From contig JAGWLA010000001.1 in NCBI GenBank assembly GCA_028865095.1, positions 137,806-201,805 on the forward strand: a stretch of 64,000 nucleotides of DNA, given 5' to 3'. Below are positions 58,931 through 64,000 of the stretch, one piece after another. Both the position numbers and the translations under genes were made by a program. Numbering within the stretch: position 1 is the stretch's first letter; the number at the start of each line of letters is the position of its first letter. The DNA is from Patescibacteria group bacterium. Its GTDB lineage: Bacteria > Patescibacteriota > Minisyncoccia > Phycocordibacterales > PALSA-1337. Below the pieces are notes generated by a model. That model searched no databases. It saw only the letters and a program-made list of their open reading frames with translations, and was not told where the DNA came from.

Positions 58931-59055
58931 AGTTTTTTCAAGTTGCTGTCGGTAAAATACACCGATTCTCTAGTTTTGTCAAATTTACACAATCCTTTTG
59001 CGTGCTGTCCGATCCGATTATGCCTGCGTCTTTTTCTCATGCTATACTCCGCTCC

Positions 59056-59802
59056 ATGATCATCCTCATCGCCCTGTGCACATTCGTGTCCACCTTGGTG
59101 GGCGGCTTGTTCGCCCTCCGCTTCAAGGACAAGCTGCACCTCATCCTCGGCTTCAGCGCCGGCGCGGTCATCGCCGTGGCGTTCTTCGATTTGATGCCCG
59201 AAGCGCTCGATATCGGCGGGCCGCGCTTCGGCGTCTCGACCATGACGGCCATCGTGGCCCTCGGCTTCCTCGTCTACCTGGTCCTCGACCGGCTGATCTT
59301 CCTGCACTCGCACGCCCATGACGACGGCCACGAGCACGAGCTCTCCGGCCAGGAATCGCGGGGCATCGAGCGCGGCCTCCTCGGGGCGGGCAGCCTGTCG
59401 CTCCACAGCTTCCTCGACGGCGTGGCCATCGGCCTGGCGTTCCAGGCGTCGGCGGCCATCGGCGCCGTGGTGACGGTGGCGGTCCTGACCCACGATTTCT
59501 CCGACGGCATCAATACGGTCAACCTCATCCTCAAGAACCAAGGCGACCGCCGGAGGGCGTTCCGCTGGCTCCTCGTCGACGCGGCCGCGCCGGTCGTCGG
59601 GGCGGCGTCGACCCTCTTCTTCGCGCTGTCCGAGCAATGGCTGGCGGTCATCCTGGCGGCCTTCTCCGGCTTCTTCCTGTATATCGGGGCGAGCGACCTG
59701 GTGCCCGAGAGCCATCATGCCCACCCGAAATTCATGACCACGGCCATGACCCTCCTCGGGGCAGGGGTCCTCTTCGTCGCCATCCGCGCCGCCAATCTGT
59801 GA
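59056..59802 (+). CDS. ZIP-family metal transporter
   Basis: FSAGA, His-rich loop, HSFLDG, HDFSDG, DLVPE. Confidence 0.9.
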   Translation: MIILIALCTFVSTLVGGLFALRFKDKLHLILGFSAGAVIAVAFFDLMPEALDIGGPRFGVSTMTAIVALGFLVYLVLDRLIFLHSHAHDDGHEHELSGQESRGIERGLLGAGSLSLHSFLDGVAIGLAFQASAAIGAVVTVAVLTHDFSDGINTVNLILKNQGDRRRAFRWLLVDAAAPVVGAASTLFFALSEQWLAVILAAFSGFFLYIGASDLVPESHHAHPKFMTTAMTLLGAGVLFVAIRAANL

Positions 59803-59832
59803 GCGCCATAGCCGATGTGATATCATGGGCCC

Positions 59833-61143
59833 ATGCTGCGCCCCCATATCGTCATCGTCGGCGCCGGCTTCGGAGGCACCTATACCGCCAAGAAGCTGGT
59901 CCGCCTGGTCAAGAAAGGAGCGATCGACCTGACCATCGTCAATAAGACGAACTATTTCCTTTTCACGCCGCTCCTTCATGAAGTGGCCACCGGCGCGCTC
60001 GGCCCCCGGAGCGTGGCCGAGCCGCTCCGCGAAGTCTTCGCAGGGACCGGCGCGCGCATCGTCCAGGGAGAGACGGTCTCCATCGACCGGGCGGCGCGCT
60101 CTATCGTCGTGGACAGCGGCGGCGAGCGGCATTCCCTCGAGTACGACTATCTGGTCATCGCCACCGGCGCGGAGGCGAACTATTATGGCATCCGCGGCGC
60201 CAAGGAGAACGCGCTGCCGCTCAAGAGCCTGGCCGACGCGGTGCTGATACGCGACCGGGTCATCGGCGCTTTCGAGAAAGCGGTCGTGGAGAGCGACCCG
60301 GAGAAGCGCACGCCATTCCTGTCGTTCGCGGTGGTGGGCGGCGGCCCGACGGGAGTCGAAGCGGCCGCCGAGCTGGCGGAGCTCGTCGACGGCATCGTCC
60401 GGCGCTATTACGGGAGAGCCCATTGCCGGCCGGACGACCCGCGCCATTGCGAGCTCGGCGAGCCGTCCATCACCCTTGTCCATGCCGGCGCCGAGCTGCT
60501 GGAGATGTTCGACCCGCGCCTGCGCCTCGCGGCGGCGGGCAAGCTGCGCAGGGAAGGGGTGGTCATCGAGACCAAAGCCTCGGTGACCGAGGTGTCTCGC
60601 GAAGGGCTCTCGCTGGCTGACGGCCGGGCCATCGCGGCCCGCACGGTCATCTGGACGGCGGGCGTCAAAGCGGTCATCCCGCCGTTCGCCGGCGGCGAGC
60701 CGCCGATGGCCGGAGGGAGGCTGGCGGTCGACGAACATTTCAATCTCGAAGGGGACCAGCGCGTCTTCGTACTCGGCGATGCGGCGGCATATGTCGGTCC
60801 GGCCGAGAGGGCCGCCGGCGCCGGCGGCGCCAAGCCGCTGCCTCAGCTGGCTCAAGCCGCCCAAGGAGAGGCGGCCGTCGTGGCGGCCAACGTCGTCGCG
60901 GCGATCAAAGGCCGCCCTCTCAAGGCGTTCTCATACCGCTCGAAAGGGAGCATGGTCTCGGTGGGGCAGTGGTTCGCCATCGGCGAGATCTATTCGCTCG
61001 ACATCGCCGGCCGCCTGACGTGGTGGCTGTGGAGGACCGTCTATCTCTTCAAATTCCTCTCCTGGCGCAAGCGCGTCCGCATCGCTCTCGAATGGGCTTT
61101 CGAGCTCATCTCGCCCAGGGACATCACCACGATAGAGGGATAA
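59833..61143 (+). CDS. ndh: Type II NADH dehydrogenase (NDH-2 family)
   Basis: GAGFGG, FTPLLHEVATG, GGGPTGVE, WTAG, GDAA, AQAA.Q. Confidence 0.85.
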   Translation: MLRPHIVIVGAGFGGTYTAKKLVRLVKKGAIDLTIVNKTNYFLFTPLLHEVATGALGPRSVAEPLREVFAGTGARIVQGETVSIDRAARSIVVDSGGERHSLEYDYLVIATGAEANYYGIRGAKENALPLKSLADAVLIRDRVIGAFEKAVVESDPEKRTPFLSFAVVGGGPTGVEAAAELAELVDGIVRRYYGRAHCRPDDPRHCELGEPSITLVHAGAELLEMFDPRLRLAAAGKLRREGVVIETKASVTEVSREGLSLADGRAIAARTVIWTAGVKAVIPPFAGGEPPMAGGRLAVDEHFNLEGDQRVFVLGDAAAYVGPAERAAGAGGAKPLPQLAQAAQGEAAVVAANVVAAIKGRPLKAFSYRSKGSMVSVGQWFAIGEIYSLDIAGRLTWWLWRTVYLFKFLSWRKRVRIALEWAFELISPRDITTIEG

Positions 61144-61169
61144 AAAAAGCGGCCCTTCGGGAGGGCCGC
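61142..61169 (-). terminator. Intrinsic terminator
   Basis: A7 plus GCGGCCCT/AGGGCCGC stem. Confidence 0.72.
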
Positions 61170-61170
61170 A

Positions 61171-62067
61171 TCACCAGTGGAACGAGAGCCCTGCCGAATA
61201 GAGGGTCTCACCCGGGCCGCTCTGGCCGCCGCCATACCAGAACACTTTGCTGATGCCGGTGGCGTGCTCGATGCGGACGGATATCGAAGGGCTCATGTCT
61301 TTCGAAGAGACTTCGGTCGGGTGGACCGACGATCCGATCACCAGGCGGCAGTCGTCGTAGATCGGCACCGATACGGCGGTCTCTACCGACGGCGTGCCGA
61401 GCCGGCTCAACCCGGTGTCCGCTTTCAGGCGGACCAGAAGGGTCGCCGGCTTGCCCTGGATATGCCCGAAGACCGTGCGGGCGTATGCGTACGCGTCCCA
61501 GAAGCGGATGCCGTAGCTGAATCTCCCGTCGCTCTCGGCTTGGGCGATGGTCGAGCGCCGCTCTTCTTCCGCCGCGAACGTGGCGTCCGCCGACACGGTC
61601 GGGGTCCGCTGCTCGACGGTATTGCCGAGAGACCCGCCGAGGAGCTTCCCGAAGAAGCCCTGGGCGGTGTCCTCGCCATAGCTCTCCCATCGGTCGATCG
61701 GCAGCCGCGCGACCGCCGTCTCGCGGAGGGCGTCCTCGAACGACGATTCGAAGCCGCCTCTTCCGAGAGAGACGACGCTCTCGTTGAAGCTGTAGCCGCG
61801 CCGGGCGGACCGCGCGATGTCCATGGCGGCGCCGGGGGAAAGGAGGCGGTCGGCGAATATCTGCGCCCCTCTCGTCTCTAGCTGGCCTCCGTAAGCGGCC
61901 GTCAAGCTCGTTCCCAGGCCGTCGTCTTTCTTGTCTATGAACATGTCGGCCCATGCCGTGGCTGCGCTCAAGCCGTTAGTGGCGCTGCCGGACGGGTCTG
62001 CGGCGCGCGCCGCCCCTGTGGCGGCCAGCGATGCGGCCGCAGCCGCGCATATAAGGATATTTCTCAT
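61171..62067 (-). CDS. Exported hypothetical protein with beta-rich C-terminus
   Basis: SD AAGGAG, signal peptide MRNIL..AARA, ends YSAGLSFHW. Confidence 0.6.
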   Translation of the reverse strand: MRNILICAAAAASLAATGAARAADPSGSATNGLSAATAWADMFIDKKDDGLGTSLTAAYGGQLETRGAQIFADRLLSPGAAMDIARSARRGYSFNESVVSLGRGGFESSFEDALRETAVARLPIDRWESYGEDTAQGFFGKLLGGSLGNTVEQRTPTVSADATFAAEEERRSTIAQAESDGRFSYGIRFWDAYAYARTVFGHIQGKPATLLVRLKADTGLSRLGTPSVETAVSVPIYDDCRLVIGSSVHPTEVSSKDMSPSISVRIEHATGISKVFWYGGGQSGPGETLYSAGLSFHW

Positions 62068-62176
62068 TGTCAGGCTCCTTGGTTGGGTTCGTGGCAATCA
62101 TACCTCCGGGGCGGCCGGCCGCAACCACAGCCTATGCACAGCGGGGCTTGACTTCAAGGCTTGCTATAATGTGCCC

Positions 62177-64000
62177 ATGATCCCCCCTTCCTCCTCTGAT
62201 CCCGCCGCCCGGGCCGCAGACGCGCAGGGCACGGCGGCGCTGGCTTTTGACATAGGCCTTGTCTGCCTCACGGCTCTGGCCCTCGTGGCCTCGTTCTTCT
62301 TCAAGGCGCCCGGCGCCGAAGCGGTCTTGGCCGCCCTCTCATTCCTGGGCCTCATCCCGGTCCTCGTCAGCGCGGCCCGGTCGCTGTGGAGCAGGCGCAT
62401 ATCGGTCGACCTCCTCGCGTCCATCGCTCTGGCGTTCTCGCTCATCGCCCGGGAATGGCAGTCGGCCGCCTTCATCACCCTGATGCTGGCGTTCGCGCGC
62501 ATCTTCGACCGCATCACCCAGGGCAGGACCAAGAAGATCATCCAGAGCCTCATGAAGTACCGCGTCGAGAGCGTCAGGATCCAGACGGGAGAGACGGTGC
62601 GGACCGTGCATATCGGCCAGGTCAGGGCCGGCGACCGCGTCATCGTCGAGTCGGGGGACCGGATGCCGGTCGACGGCACGGTGGCCAGCGGCGAAGCCGA
62701 AGTGGACGAATCCTCGCTGACCGGCGAGAGCGAGCTCGTGCCTAAGAAGGCGGGCGACAAGGTCTTCACGGCCACGGTCAACGAGAGCGGCTCGCTGGTG
62801 GTCGTCGCCGAGCGGATCGGCAAAGATTCGACCTTGGCGCGCATCATGGCGCTCGTCGAAGAGGCGAGCCGGAAGAAGAGCAGAGCCGAGCGGGCGGCCG
62901 ACACGTTCACCCAATGGTATATCGGCGCCACCTTGGCCGCTTCCGCCGTCATGTGGGCGTACGGCCTCTCCCCGAACGAGATCCTGGCCATCCTCCTGGT
63001 GGTCTGCGCGGACGACATCGCCGTGGCCGTGCCGCTCGCTTTCACGGCCTCGATCGCCCGCGCCGCCAAGCGCGGCATCATCGTCAAAGGCTCGGCCGCC
63101 ATGGAGCAGCTCGCCCGCATGAAGTACGTCCTCACCGACAAGACGGGCACCTTGACCAGGGGGAAGCCGAAGATCGCCGAGGTCCGGACGTACGGCGGCT
63201 TCTCGGCCGCCACGGTCCTGAACCGGGCCGGCATGGGCGCGTCGGAATCCGCGCATGCCGTGTCCAAGGCCATCCTCCGATATCTTGCCGAGAAGGGCAT
63301 CGCGACGCATGCCGCCCATGATTATACGGAAGCTCCCGGCCAAGGGGTGGAATTCTCCCATGGGACGGAGAAGATGCTGCTCGGCAGGCTCTCATTCATC
63401 GAGAGCAAGGGCGTGAAGGCTCCCGAGCAGGCCTTGGCCGACATCCGGGCCGAGAAGGACGCCGGCAGGGGCGTGGCGGTCCTGACGATCGGCGGGGCGG
63501 TCGCGGGCGTCCTTTCGTACGAGGACGAGCTGCGCCCCCGCGCCCGGGAGATCGTCGCCGAGACCGAGCGGCTCGGCGTCCGCGAATGGCACATGCTGAC
63601 GGGCGACAATGCCCGCGCCGCGGCCGCGACGGCGGCTCAAGCCGGCATCCGGCATTATCATGCCGACATGACCCCGGAATCGAAAGTGGCCTTCGTCCAT
63701 GCGTTCGAGCGCGAGAAGGAGCCGGCGGTCGTGGCGTACATCGGCGACGGAGTGAACGACGCCGCGTCGCTCGCCAGGGCCGACGTCTCCATCGCCATGG
63801 GCGGCATCGGCTCCGATGCCGCCATAGAGGCGGCCGACGTCACTCTCATGAAGGATCGGCTGGACCGCTTGCCGACGGCCATGCGGGCCGCCCAGCAGAT
63901 GCGCGCCATCATGTGGCAATGCTTCGGCATCTGGTTCGTGACCAACGCGTTCGGCCTGGCCTGGGTGGTCGTGGGCATCCCCGGCCTCGGCGTCCTCGGC
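62177..64000 (+). CDS. Heavy-metal P1B-type ATPase, truncated by window end (absent from ORF track)
   Basis: DESSLTGES, VVCADDIAVAVP, DKTGT (63137), MLTGD, GDGVNDA. Confidence 0.9.
   Translation, partial: MIPPSSSDPAARAADAQGTAALAFDIGLVCLTALALVASFFFKAPGAEAVLAALSFLGLIPVLVSAARSLWSRRISVDLLASIALAFSLIAREWQSAAFITLMLAFARIFDRITQGRTKKIIQSLMKYRVESVRIQTGETVRTVHIGQVRAGDRVIVESGDRMPVDGTVASGEAEVDESSLTGESELVPKKAGDKVFTATVNESGSLVVVAERIGKDSTLARIMALVEEASRKKSRAERAADTFTQWYIGATLAASAVMWAYGLSPNEILAILLVVCADDIAVAVPLAFTASIARAAKRGIIVKGSAAMEQLARMKYVLTDKTGTLTRGKPKIAEVRTYGGFSAATVLNRAGMGASESAHAVSKAILRYLAEKGIATHAAHDYTEAPGQGVEFSHGTEKMLLGRLSFIESKGVKAPEQALADIRAEKDAGRGVAVLTIGGAVAGVLSYEDELRPRAREIVAETERLGVREWHMLTGDNARAAAATAAQAGIRHYHADMTPESKVAFVHAFEREKEPAVVAYIGDGVNDAASLARADVSIAMGGIGSDAAIEAADVTLMKDRLDRLPTAMRAAQQMRAIMWQCFGIWFVTNAFGLAWVVVGIPGLGVLG

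Overview
Fragment of a GC-rich bacterial chromosome. The gene set and style point to Patescibacteria/CPR (Parcubacteria-like); this is inference. 1-10.5 kb is a type IV pilus locus (pilB end, response regulator, pilT, pilC, two pilins, pilD, four minor pilins) with a GT2/GT-C fusion plus GtrA glycosylation cassette between the two pilins. Core genes follow (ligA, gatC, gatA, five tRNAs, prfB, ftsEX, pyrG), interspersed with orphan genes. At the 3' end of tRNA-Gln(CTG) a ~24.5 kb integrated element begins (26984-51487, bounded by a 38/40 direct repeat). It carries a large serine recombinase; an AT-rich defence operon (type III R-M, Schlafen/AlbA_2, a 1210-aa Cap4-like nuclease, HEPN); a highly structured ~180-nt candidate ncRNA in front of a NucS-like nuclease; a ParB-methylase/TerS/TerL packaging module with no recognisable capsid, portal or tail genes; and a 7.6 kb CsoR/CopB copper cassette flanked by its own palindromic 45-bp direct repeats. 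The right part holds Nudix, HAD and GNAT enzymes, an orphan sigma54-type activator, ZIP, NDH-2 and a truncated P1B ATPase with an atypical CADD motif. Many genes look leaderless (-10 box 6-7 nt before the ATG). The best candidates for something new are the capsid-less, terminase-bearing modular element and the kissing-loop RNA next to its nucleases. All calls are by eye, with no database searches.
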